This document shows positions 19,477-28,882 of a DNA stretch of 64,000 bases, one piece after another (positions within the stretch are counted from its first letter, which is position 1; each line of letters opens with the position of its first letter). Below the pieces are notes generated by a model. It searched no databases and was not told the origin of the DNA. It saw only the letters and a list, made by a program, of their open reading frames with translations. The position numbers and the translations under genes were made by a program. Source of the stretch: Longimicrobiales bacterium. GTDB taxonomy: Bacteria > Gemmatimonadota > Gemmatimonadetes > Longimicrobiales > Gaopeijiaceae. The stretch covers positions 4,480,001 through 4,544,000 of the forward strand of contig OZ250165.1 in NCBI GenBank assembly GCA_965238005.1, in the 5' to 3' direction.

Positions 19477-21154
19477 GAGGCCGTGTGAAAACTCACCATG
19501 ATTGAACGGGGAGCGAGCACCTAGGGCGGTGAGCTTGACATTTTGCTGGGAGGGGCGGGAAAGTAGTCGGGTGGGGCGTTGCGGACCTGACAGGGCCGTC
19601 TGGAAGCGCCCCGAAGGGCGAAAAACGGCGCTGAGGACCCCCTCTACGCGAGGGCGTCCAGCAGCTGCGGGACCTCGACGATGTTGAGGACCCGCTTCAG
19701 GTTGTAGGCAAGCACGGTCAGGCTGAACTCGCCGCGGACCTTCCGCATGCCTTTGAGCAGAAAGTACCCCTGGTCCATCCCGCGCTTCATCGTGCCAAAC
19801 GGATGCTCCACTAGCGCTTTGCGCTGCGCGAAGCGCGCCTGCTCCCGCTGGAGCCGTTGCGCCATCTCCTCCATCAGGTGCTCGTCCGCCCACCGTGTGA
19901 TCTTCCGCCCGTCTTTGTTGCGCGTACAGCGGGGCCTGAGTGGACACCGCTTACAGGCGGTGGTCCGATAGTTCTTGATGGTGCGCCCGAGCTCGACGGT
20001 GGTGGTGCGGTAGGTGAGCGTCTTCCCCGCAGGACAGCGATAGAGGTCCCGAGTCCGGTCGTAGACGAAGTCATCTTTGGTGAAGAGCCCGCGCTTGGCA
20101 TTGGCCGAGGTGATCGGTCGGGGCACCAGCGGCGTGAGGCCCGCCTCCACACACGTCTTGATCTCGGCGCCGTGGTAGTAGCCCCGGTCGGCCACCACCA
20201 CCGGCGTCACGTTCCCCAGTACCTCCTGGGCCGCCATGGCCATCGGACTGAGCTGATTCTGGTCGGCGGCGGCGTTGGTGACCGTCTCGGCCACAATCAA
20301 CTTGTGCTTGGCGTCGACCGCGGTCTGGACGTTGTAGCAGATCTCGATGCGGCCCCCGCTCATCATCGGCCGACTGTCGGCATCGGTGAGTGAGAGCGCG
20401 CTCTCCCCACTCGCCGCCAGCTCTTGCTGGAGATCCTCGTAGCGCTCCCGGCGCTGCTTAAGCGCCGCAATCTTCTCGCGCAGGGCGTCGGCGCTCGGCC
20501 GCTCGGTGCCCGCCTCCGCCTCGTCCTGGCGCTCCAAGTCTCGCAGATAGCGCGCGATCGTGCGCTCGATGTCCCGTTGTAGCTTGGCCAAGCGGGCCGC
20601 GGTGTAGCTCCGATCCCGGGCATTGACCGCCCGGAACTTGCTCCCATCGATGGCGAGCAACTCGCCGCCAAAGAGGTCCAGCCGCTTGCACAAGAGAATG
20701 AACTCGCGGCATACGCCCTTCAGCGCCTGCGGGTGATCCCGGCGGAAGTCAGCGATGGTCTTGAAGTCGGGTCGCAGTCCTCGCACCAACCACATCAGCT
20801 CGATGTTGCGATGCGTCTCCTGCTCCAGCCGCCGGCTGGAGCGAATGCGGTGCAGGTAGCCGTATAGGTACAATCGCAGGAGATCACCGGGATCGTAGCC
20901 CGGGCGGCCCGTATCTGCAGGCACCGATCGCTGAAAACTGAGCGTGCCGAGATCGAGCTGCGCCACGAAGGCGTCGAGGAAGCGCACTGGGTTGTCAGCG
21001 GTGACGTAGTCGTCGAGGACCTCAGGGAGGAGCACCACTTGGGTGCGATCCCTGCCGGCGATATAGGCCATGGGCGAAGCTCCGAGCAAGGGGAGCACTG
21101 GCCAAAACACGGGACGTATAATATATGGCACGTCAGGAGTTTTCACACAGGCTC
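19477..21154 (-). mobile_element. IS1182-family insertion sequence, copy 1 (1678 bp)
   Basis: 18-bp imperfect IRs GAGGCCGTGTGAAAACTC / GAGTTTTCACACAGGCTC; flanked by GGCT on both sides (19473-76, 21155-58). Confidence 0.93.
19644..21071 (-). CDS. IS1182-family DDE transposase
   Basis: GRPGYDP, SSRRLE, PDFKTIADFR, IDGSK, TDAD, YNVQ, ADRGY, VEHPFG. Confidence 0.93.
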   Translation of the reverse strand: MAYIAGRDRTQVVLLPEVLDDYVTADNPVRFLDAFVAQLDLGTLSFQRSVPADTGRPGYDPGDLLRLYLYGYLHRIRSSRRLEQETHRNIELMWLVRGLRPDFKTIADFRRDHPQALKGVCREFILLCKRLDLFGGELLAIDGSKFRAVNARDRSYTAARLAKLQRDIERTIARYLRDLERQDEAEAGTERPSADALREKIAALKQRRERYEDLQQELAASGESALSLTDADSRPMMSGGRIEICYNVQTAVDAKHKLIVAETVTNAAADQNQLSPMAMAAQEVLGNVTPVVVADRGYYHGAEIKTCVEAGLTPLVPRPITSANAKRGLFTKDDFVYDRTRDLYRCPAGKTLTYRTTTVELGRTIKNYRTTACKRCPLRPRCTRNKDGRKITRWADEHLMEEMAQRLQREQARFAQRKALVEHPFGTMKRGMDQGYFLLKGMRKVRGEFSLTVLAYNLKRVLNIVEVPQLLDALA

Positions 21155-21429
21155 GGCTGCGGTTAGGCGAGAGACGGGATCGGGCACGGGCGCACTCCGG
21201 GATCAGTCCGTGGTCAACATCCGAGAGCGGTCCGGTAGGCGCAAGCGGAAGCCCTCCAGACGCTTGTAATCGCGTTCTGAGCGTCTTCGGGGTTTATTCG
21301 GTATCCTGGGTAGGGTAGCGCGTCCTCGTGGCCTGTGGGTGGCGAAAACCTCGTCTGGCGCGAGATTACTGACCTTTCACGGTTCGATGAGAGCGGGTGT
21401 GGATGTGGGATTGGGTACGTATCGTGGGC

Positions 21430-22339
21430 TGGGGTGTCGTCTCCGCTGAGGAGTCAACGCGATCTCGCGCTTGAGAACGTCGCACTTCGCCACCAGCTGA
21501 TGGTGCTCCAGCGGCAGTCCGGGAGGCCACTGCTCAGGGACCGTGACCGGCTCGTCTGGATGTGCCTGCGCCGCCTCTGGCATGGTTGGCACCGAGCCCT
21601 TGTCGTCGTCAAGCCTGCCACCGTCGTGAAGTGGCACTGCAAGGGTTTCAGAGCTTATTGGCGCTGGAAGAGTCAGCCCGCAGGTGGTCGGCCGAGGATC
21701 GATCGCGAAATACGAGAGTTGATCCGCGACATGTGGCGCTCGAATCCTACCTGGGGCAAGCCGCGCATCCAGGCCGAGTTGCGGCAAGATCGGCATCGAG
21801 GTAAGCGACTCCACGGTCTGGCGGTACCGGCCACCTCGAGGCAGTCCGCCCTCCCAGAGCTGGCGTGCGTTCTTGGACAACCACGTCAGGGGCATCGTCG
21901 CGATCGGCTTCTTCGTGGTTCCAACGGCGACGTTCCACGTCCGTCTACGTGCTCCTCATCATGTCCCACGACCGGCGTCGCATCCTGCCGTGACCGTGAT
22001 GGCATCTTCGGTACTGACTTCGTCCGGTGTGTCGAGTCGATGGGCATCACGGAAGTCGTCACAGCCCCCGCCTCGCCGTGGCAGAATCCTTATTGTGAGC
22101 GCCTGATCGGATCGATCCGGCGAGAGTGCCTCGACCATGTCATCGTTCTCAATGAACGGCACCTCAGGCGGGTTCTTCGCGGCTACGCGTCCTACTACCA
22201 CTCGTCGCGAACTCATCGGTCATTGGACGACGACTACCCTGATCCGCGTCCTGCGGAGCCGCCCGAGATTGGCGATGTGGTAGTCATCGCCCAGGTTGGC
22301 GGGCTTCATTACCGCTACACCCGCCGGCTCGCTGCCTGA
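21430..22339 (+). pseudogene. Decayed rve/integrase-core transposase
   Basis: LALENVALRHQL, NPTWGKPRIQAEL, PWQNPYCERLIGSIRRECLDH, GGLHYRY. The middle section (DNHVRGIVAIGFFVVPT) is in another frame and appears internally deleted. Confidence 0.8.
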
Positions 22340-22764
22340 TCTCCCGCCTCCCCGAGGCTGATTGATCCCACCGTCGCGTGCACATGGCGGGACGAGCATC
22401 CTTTTACGTGCTCAAATCCCGATCGTCATGTGCTGAAGTCTGACAAGGCCCAGCCAGATGCATACTCTCCCTGACACCACCAGTGGACAGCCGGTTGACC
22501 CATCCGTATCCCGTCCTGTTTCAAAACCCTGCCTAGCGTGAATCGGTGATTATTCGGGGGGTTAGGATGCCTGCGCCAGGATATTTGCGGTCGGCCGCGG
22601 CGGGTTTTGGAGCCCCGGACCCGATCCAACCTGTGGAACTTGGGTGTGGAAGGTTGAGGCCGAAAAAGCGCCTCAACACCCACTCAACGGGTTTGATCAG
22701 CCCGAATCAGCGGGAAAGGGCGGCATCATCCGGGATTGAGCGGCATCAGCGGCAATTCTCACAT

Positions 22765-22859
22765 AGTCCAGTAGCGACCACTCCCTAACAGAAAGCGCCG
22801 CAAGGTTTTCTGGACCTGCGGCACTTTTGCGTTTCCCTTGCTGTGTCCCGATTGTGTCC
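22765..22859 (+). other. tRNA 3'-end fragment + hairpin + TGTGTCC direct repeat (att-like scar)
   Basis: AGT-CCAGT-AGCGACC-A fits T-loop/T-stem/acceptor/discriminator. Hairpin at 22792-22828; TGTGTCC at 22842 and 22853. Confidence 0.45.
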
Positions 22860-23031
22860 GGGAATCAGCCCTCCAACTCCATCCCGGCGCCTCCGTCTAG
22901 CGACCGAGTTCCATCGCGTGGTCATCAAGGGTCGTGGATCAGCCCGTTGGATCGGGTCGAAGCCGTGTGTTGCTCCGCCCGAGTAGCCATATATTGCGGG
23001 ACTCATCGCCCAGCCATCCGAGGAGTTTCGC

Positions 23032-25641
23032 ATGCTCAGTGCCCTCGTTCTCGCCACACTCGTCCAAGTCTCCACGCCTCCTCAAGAGCTCTCTCCCGGG
23101 ACCCGATACGATCCGGCCATCCCAACGCTCGAGAGTGTCGCAGGACATGATTTCAGGGAGAGGGTGACTCCGCCGGACCAGATCATTCGGTACATGGAGG
23201 CGCTGGCCGAGGCGGCCCCGGACCGCACGCAGCTCATTCAGTATGCGGAGAGTTGGGAGGGGCGTCCACTCGTGGTGCTCGTGATCGGCTCCCCGGAGCG
23301 CATGGCTCGGCTCGATGACATCAAAGCGGATCTGGCCTTGCTGGCCGATCCCCGCGGACTGTCGGATGAGGAGTCCCAGGCAGTGCTCGATCGCCTCCCC
23401 GTCGTCACGGCGTTGATGCACGGCGTCCACGGGAACGAGATCAGTTCGAGCGGAGCCGCGATGGCGGAGGCTTACCATCTACTCGCCGCCCGGGGGGACG
23501 CCGGCGTGGACATGGTGCTTCGCGAGTCGCTCGTCCTGATCGATCCGATGGAAAACCCTGACGGCCGGAATCGATTCGTGAATCAGAACACGATGGCCGA
23601 GTCCCGCTGGCCGGATCCCAATACGGCGTCGGCCGAGCACGACGAGCCCTGGCCCGGCGGGCGCGTGAATCACTACCTGTTCGACCTGAACAGAGATCTC
23701 TTCATCCAGAGCCAACCGGAGACCCGCGGCAAGGTCGCATTGTTCAGGGAGTTTCAGCCCCAGATAGTCGTGGATCTCCATGAGATGGGCGGCGACGCCA
23801 CCTACTTCTTCCCCCCAACGGCTCCACCTGAGAATCCCTGGTACGGGGAGCGCCAGATTGCACTCATGGACGTCTTCGGGGCTGCCAACGCCAAGGTCTT
23901 CGACGAGCGGGGCTTCTCCTACTTCAACCGTGACGTCTACGACCTGTTCTTCCCGGGATATGTGGACATGTGGCCCATGAGCCACGGTGCGCTGGGCATG
24001 ACGTATGAGCAGGCGTCTGCGCGGGCTCTCGTTCTCCGCCGCAGCGATGGTGACCTGCTGACGTACGGCGACGGGGTCCTCCATCACTTCACGGCCGCGA
24101 TCGAGACTGCCAAGACGGCTGCGTTGCACCGCGAGCGGATCTTGACCGACTACCTCGCGTTCCGACAAGAGGGGGTCGAGCTGGGTCGCAACGGGCCGGC
24201 CGAGTTGGTCCTGCATTCGGCCCACGATCAGCATGGCGGAGGGCCTGGCCCGAATGCTGGCAAAGAACGGAGTAGAGGTACGTGAGGTGACCGGTCCGGT
24301 CACGGTAGCGGGGCGTACCCTCCCGGCCCGTGGGACCTATATCGTGCCGATGGCGCAACCCGCACACCGCCTGGCTCATGACCTACTGGACGAGCATGTG
24401 CCGATGGACGAGGCCTTCATCCAGCGGCAGGTCGATCGCCGTGCGGAGCGTCTGCAAGACGAGATCTACGATGTGACCGCGTGGAGCCAGTCGCTGCTCT
24501 CGGACGTCGAGGTGCTCGCCTCGGACGACGAGACCGGGGTTGCCGGCGCCATCGTTATGGAGGAGAGACCTCCTGCCCAGAACACGACACTCGCCCCGGC
24601 ACTCGTCGGATATCTGATTCCGTGGGGCTCGGCTGCGGCTTCCACGGTCGCCGAAGCACTCAGAGAGGGCATTCGGATTCGATCAGGAGGAGGTGAGTTC
24701 GTCTTAGGCGATCGCACTTATGCGGTAGGAACCGCCATCGTTCGCACCGGGGAAAACGGACCCGACCTGGCCCTACGCTTGGGTGCAATTGCGGCCAAGC
24801 ACGGCGCCGAGGTCGTGCCGATCGACGACTCCTACGTTCGGGAGGGCATGTCTCTGGGTAGTCGACGGGTGCGAGCCCTCCGCGAGCCGAGAGTGCTCCT
24901 GGTCTACGATCGTCCGGGGGCTACGTATTCGGTCGGCTGGGCCCGTTACGTGCTGGAGCGTCGCTATGGCCAGCGCACGACGGTGGTGCGGACCTCCAGT
25001 CTCGGACGCGTGTCGCTCTCCGATTTCGACGTGGTGATCTTTCCGAGCGGCAACTATTCCGGTTCGGTAGGCGGCGGTCTGGTGCGGAGGCTGCAGGATT
25101 GGATGCGTGACGGCGGCACCCTGATCACGTTGGGCTAGTCCACGCGTTGGGCCACACTCGAGGACGTGGGGCTACTCGCCACGAGGGCCGAGCGGCGGGG
25201 TGGACGCGCCGAGGGCACCGATGCGCCCTCGGAGGACGCGCCGGATCAGCCCATCGACTTCTTGGCGGCCATCGTTCCGAACGACGAATCCCCCGAATCG
25301 GTACCGGGCGTGATCCTCAGGACGCTCTTGAACACGAAGCACTGGCTTTCCTCGGGGACCGATGGCGAGGTGGGGGTTTTCGTGACCGGGGGCCGCGTCT
25401 TCCAGCCCATCACGTTGGATGAGGGCACGAACGTGGGGCGTTATGCAGAGCTGGACGAGCTCGTCATGAGTGGTATGGCCTGGGAGGAGACGCAGCCGTG
25501 AACAACAAGGCGTTCCTGATCCACCAACCGGTGGGCCGTGGACAGATCATCGCCTTCGCCGAGGACCCCAACTATCGAGCCTACCTGGAGACCACGCAGC
25601 TGCTCTTCATGAACGCCGTTCTGCTTGGACCAGGAAGGTGA
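23032..25641 (+). pseudogene. M14 zinc carboxypeptidase-like (with C-terminal GATase-like domain), disrupted
   Basis: HGNE, NPDGR, DLNRD, DLHEMG. Frameshift near 24230, in-frame TAG at 25136-38, frameshift near 25498; the C-terminus [11 protein letters not shown]…NAVLLGPGR ends at 25641. Confidence 0.85.
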
Positions 25642-25647
25642 CGTGGG

Positions 25648-25672
25648 GAAGGCCGAGGGGCCTTCTGTTTTC
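25648..25672 (+). terminator. Intrinsic terminator
   Basis: GAAGGCC-GAGG-GGCCTTC followed by TGTTTT, just after the M14 stop. Confidence 0.6.
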
Positions 25673-25857
25673 TCGAGAGCCCCTCAGCGCAGCACCCGGA
25701 AGATGCGGTTGGAGAGCACCGTCACGAGTGGCGTAGCCACGGTGAGGAGCAGAGCTCCTACAACCTTACCCTCACCCCCGGATTCTCGAGGATCTCTTCG
25801 AGGCCGGTGGAGCGGGGGAGATCCACACCCGGGACCTGTCGCGTCCCAACTGGAGCC

Positions 25858-27535
25858 GAGCCTGTGTGAAAACTCCTGACGTGCCATATATTATACGTCC
25901 CGTGTTTTGGCCAGTGCTCCCCTTGCTCGGAGCTTCGCCCATGGCCTATATCGCCGGCAGGGATCGCACCCAAGTGGTGCTCCTCCCTGAGGTCCTCGAC
26001 GACTACGTCACCGCTGACAACCCAGTGCGCTTCCTCGACGCCTTCGTGGCGCAGCTCGATCTCGGCACGCTCAGTTTTCAGCGATCGGTGCCTGCAGATA
26101 CGGGCCGCCCGGGCTACGATCCCGGTGATCTCCTGCGATTGTACCTATACGGCTACCTGCACCGCATTCGCTCCAGCCGGCGGCTGGAGCAGGAGACGCA
26201 TCGCAACATCGAGCTGATGTGGTTGGTGCGAGGACTGCGACCCGACTTCAAGACCATCGCTGACTTCCGCCGGGATCACCCGCAGGCGCTGAAGGGCGTA
26301 TGCCGCGAGTTCATTCTCTTGTGCAAGCGGCTGGACCTCTTTGGCGGCGAGTTGCTCGCCATCGATGGGAGCAAGTTCCGGGCGGTCAATGCCCGGGATC
26401 GGAGCTACACCGCGGCCCGCTTGGCCAAGCTACAACGGGACATCGAGCGCACGATCGCGCGCTATCTGCGAGACTTGGAGCGCCAGGACGAGGCGGAGGC
26501 GGGCACCGAGCGGCCGAGCGCCGACGCCCTGCGCGAGAAGATTGCGGCGCTTAAGCAGCGCCGGGAGCGCTACGAGGATCTCCAGCAAGAGCTGGCGGCG
26601 AGTGGGGAGAGCGCGCTCTCACTCACCGATGCCGACAGTCGGCCGATGATGAGCGGGGGCCGCATCGAGATCTGCTACAACGTCCAGACCGCGGTCGACG
26701 CCAAGCACAAGTTGATTGTGGCCGAGACGGTCACCAACGCCGCCGCCGACCAGAATCAGCTCAGTCCGATGGCCATGGCGGCCCAGGAGGTACTGGGGAA
26801 CGTGACGCCGGTGGTGGTGGCCGACCGGGGCTACTACCACGGCGCCGAGATCAAGACGTGTGTGGAGGCGGGCCTCACGCCGCTGGTGCCCCGACCGATC
26901 ACCTCGGCCAATGCCAAGCGCGGGCTCTTCACTAAAGATGACTTCGTCTACGACCGGACTCGGGACCTCTATCGCTGTCCTGCGGGGAAGACGCTCACCT
27001 ACCGCACCACCACCGTCGAGCTCGGGCGCACCATCAAGAACTATCGGACCACCGCCTGTAAGCGGTGTCCACTCAGGCCCCGCTGTACGCGCAACAAAGA
27101 CGGGCGGAAGATCACACGGTGGGCGGACGAGCACCTGATGGAGGAGATGGCGCAACGGCTCCAGCGGGAGCAGGCGCGCTTCGCGCAGCGCAAAGCGCTA
27201 GTGGAGCATCCGTTTGGCACGATGAAGCGCGGGATGGACCAGGGGTACTTTCTGCTCAAAGGCATGCGGAAGGTCCGCGGCGAGTTCAGCCTGACCGTGC
27301 TTGCCTACAACCTGAAGCGGGTCCTCAACATCGTCGAGGTCCCGCAGCTGCTGGACGCCCTCGCGTAGAGGGGGTCCTCAGCGCCGTTTTTCGCCCTTCG
27401 GGGCGCTTCCAGACGGCCCTGTCAGGTCCGCAACGCCCCACCCGACTACTTTCCCGCCCCTCCCAGCAAAATGTCAAGCTCACCGCCCTAGGTGCTCGCT
27501 CCCCGTTCAATCATGGTGAGTTTTCACACGGCCTC
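25858..27535 (+). mobile_element. IS1182-family insertion sequence, copy 2 (1678 bp), inverted relative to copy 1
   Basis: Same IRs; AGCC on both sides (25854-57, 27536-39). The only difference noticed is synonymous, at 26933 vs 20079. Confidence 0.93.
25941..27368 (+). CDS. IS1182-family DDE transposase
   Basis: Protein identical to copy 1. Confidence 0.93.
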   Translation: MAYIAGRDRTQVVLLPEVLDDYVTADNPVRFLDAFVAQLDLGTLSFQRSVPADTGRPGYDPGDLLRLYLYGYLHRIRSSRRLEQETHRNIELMWLVRGLRPDFKTIADFRRDHPQALKGVCREFILLCKRLDLFGGELLAIDGSKFRAVNARDRSYTAARLAKLQRDIERTIARYLRDLERQDEAEAGTERPSADALREKIAALKQRRERYEDLQQELAASGESALSLTDADSRPMMSGGRIEICYNVQTAVDAKHKLIVAETVTNAAADQNQLSPMAMAAQEVLGNVTPVVVADRGYYHGAEIKTCVEAGLTPLVPRPITSANAKRGLFTKDDFVYDRTRDLYRCPAGKTLTYRTTTVELGRTIKNYRTTACKRCPLRPRCTRNKDGRKITRWADEHLMEEMAQRLQREQARFAQRKALVEHPFGTMKRGMDQGYFLLKGMRKVRGEFSLTVLAYNLKRVLNIVEVPQLLDALA

Positions 27536-27595
27536 AGCCGTCGTTAGGAGTGCTCTTGGGGCGCGGGCTGAGAGGGGCTCGCGGAACGGAAGGCT

Positions 27596-28465
27596 CTACC
27601 GTCCCACGAACTTCTCGATAGCCTTCGCGATCTCGGCCGGCGCGTCTTCCTGGATGTAGTGCTTGGCGTTCAGCCGCGTCGTGCGGACCGATGCGAAGTC
27701 GGCCTTGAAGCGCTCCATGTGGGCCGATCCGAACAACGGATCGTAGATCCCCCAGGTCAGGAGCAGCGGGAGCTGGCTCAGCACTTCGGGCGCCTCGTCG
27801 GCGATGGCTCCAAGCCATAGAGCCGCCCTGGTGATCTCCTTGGGGAGCTCCGCCACGCCGGCTCGAGAGTCCAGCGTGCGCAGGGGGCCACGGTAGTGAT
27901 CTAGGACCTCGGGGGCGAGCTTATACTTCACTCCCATGGGCATGATCCTCTCCACGAGGAGGTTCTTCTTGAAGATCTGAGCCTGGACGAACCCCGTGGA
28001 CATGACCTTCGAGAATCCCTGCATGAGGAGGGAGTCGGCGGGCCAGTACCAGGTGTTGCCCATGACCAGGGAGCGCATGCGGCCGCGCTCGTTCAGTGCC
28101 ACCCGCATCCCGATGGGCCCGCCCCAGTCCTGTCCCATGATGGTCAGGTCGTCGAGACCCAGCTCACGCACGAGCTCGCTCACGACGTCTGCGTGCTCGG
28201 CCGCCGTGTATCCGTATGTGGGGGGTTGGACGGAGAGGCCGAAGCCCGGATAGTCCACGGCGATGCACCGGAAGTGCTTCCTCAGGCGGATGACGATGCC
28301 CCGGTAGAGGAAACTCCACGTGGGGTTGCCGTGGAGGAAGAGGATGGGCGGTCCCGAGCCCTCGTCGAGGTAGTGGACCTGCCCCACGCTGCTCTGGAAC
28401 CAGCGGGAGTCGAACGGATAGAGCGATCGATCCGGGACGAAGGGTTCCGCGGTCGACATTACCAA
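27596..28465 (-). CDS. Alpha/beta hydrolase, haloalkane-dehalogenase-like
   Basis: LHGNPTWS, DYPGFGLS, GQDWGG, HYIQED. Confidence 0.85.
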   Translation of the reverse strand: MVMSTAEPFVPDRSLYPFDSRWFQSSVGQVHYLDEGSGPPILFLHGNPTWSFLYRGIVIRLRKHFRCIAVDYPGFGLSVQPPTYGYTAAEHADVVSELVRELGLDDLTIMGQDWGGPIGMRVALNERGRMRSLVMGNTWYWPADSLLMQGFSKVMSTGFVQAQIFKKNLLVERIMPMGVKYKLAPEVLDHYRGPLRTLDSRAGVAELPKEITRAALWLGAIADEAPEVLSQLPLLLTWGIYDPLFGSAHMERFKADFASVRTTRLNAKHYIQEDAPAEIAKAIEKFVGR

Positions 28466-28486
28466 TCGATCATCGGTAACAGGCCT

Positions 28487-28861
28487 CTAGACCATGGCCA
28501 GTTTGCGAGGCGTGATGGGCTCGATGGTCTTTCCGGGCTCCCACTGGGTCACCCCTGGGTGGAGCCGGGCGAGGCGGGGTTCTTCCACACCGACCCCTGC
28601 TCGATGCGCTCCTGGCTTGCCCCGGCGCTTCCCGGCTACGGAGCAGACGAAGCCCCCGTTCCTCACGGCGTTCCGCCCGACCGGGGACTCGCTGGCGCCG
28701 GTCTCCGGATTGACCGTCGACAGCGCGAGATACGGGAAGTCTCCCAGGGTCTCGTCGTAGAAGAGGCAGACGTATGCGGGCGTGATCTCGTCGGTGTTGA
28801 TCTGATCGCGAAGCCCGACCTTGAGCTCCTCGGTGAGCTCCAGGTCCTTGCCGCCGGCCAA
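28487..28861 (-). CDS. Hypothetical protein
   Basis: GGGAGG RBS, TTG start; fills the gap in a co-oriented run of genes. Confidence 0.55.
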   Translation of the reverse strand: MAGGKDLELTEELKVGLRDQINTDEITPAYVCLFYDETLGDFPYLALSTVNPETGASESPVGRNAVRNGGFVCSVAGKRRGKPGAHRAGVGVEEPRLARLHPGVTQWEPGKTIEPITPRKLAMV

Positions 28862-28882
28862 CTGAGCCCCCCTCCCACCCGA

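Noticed and set aside
25136..25138. Amber readthrough/pyrrolysine in the M14 gene
   Set aside because: The gene also has two frameshifts, TAG is a normal stop elsewhere in the window, and no pyl genes were seen.
21155..25857. Past inversion of the segment between the inverted IS copies (swapped flanks give a more symmetric target)
   Set aside because: The present flanks of copy 1 rejoin into a coherent reading frame (MPDPVSRLTAA|LEGRY), supporting the current orientation as original.
25866..25940. Longer GTG start for the transposase
   Set aside because: It begins inside the terminal inverted repeat; ATG 25941 (MAYIAG) has an RBS-like GGAG and matches the family start.
19477..27535. Composite transposon formed by the two IS1182 copies
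   Set aside because: Outer flanks (GGCT vs AGCC) are not a direct repeat and each copy has its own duplication, so the insertions are independent.
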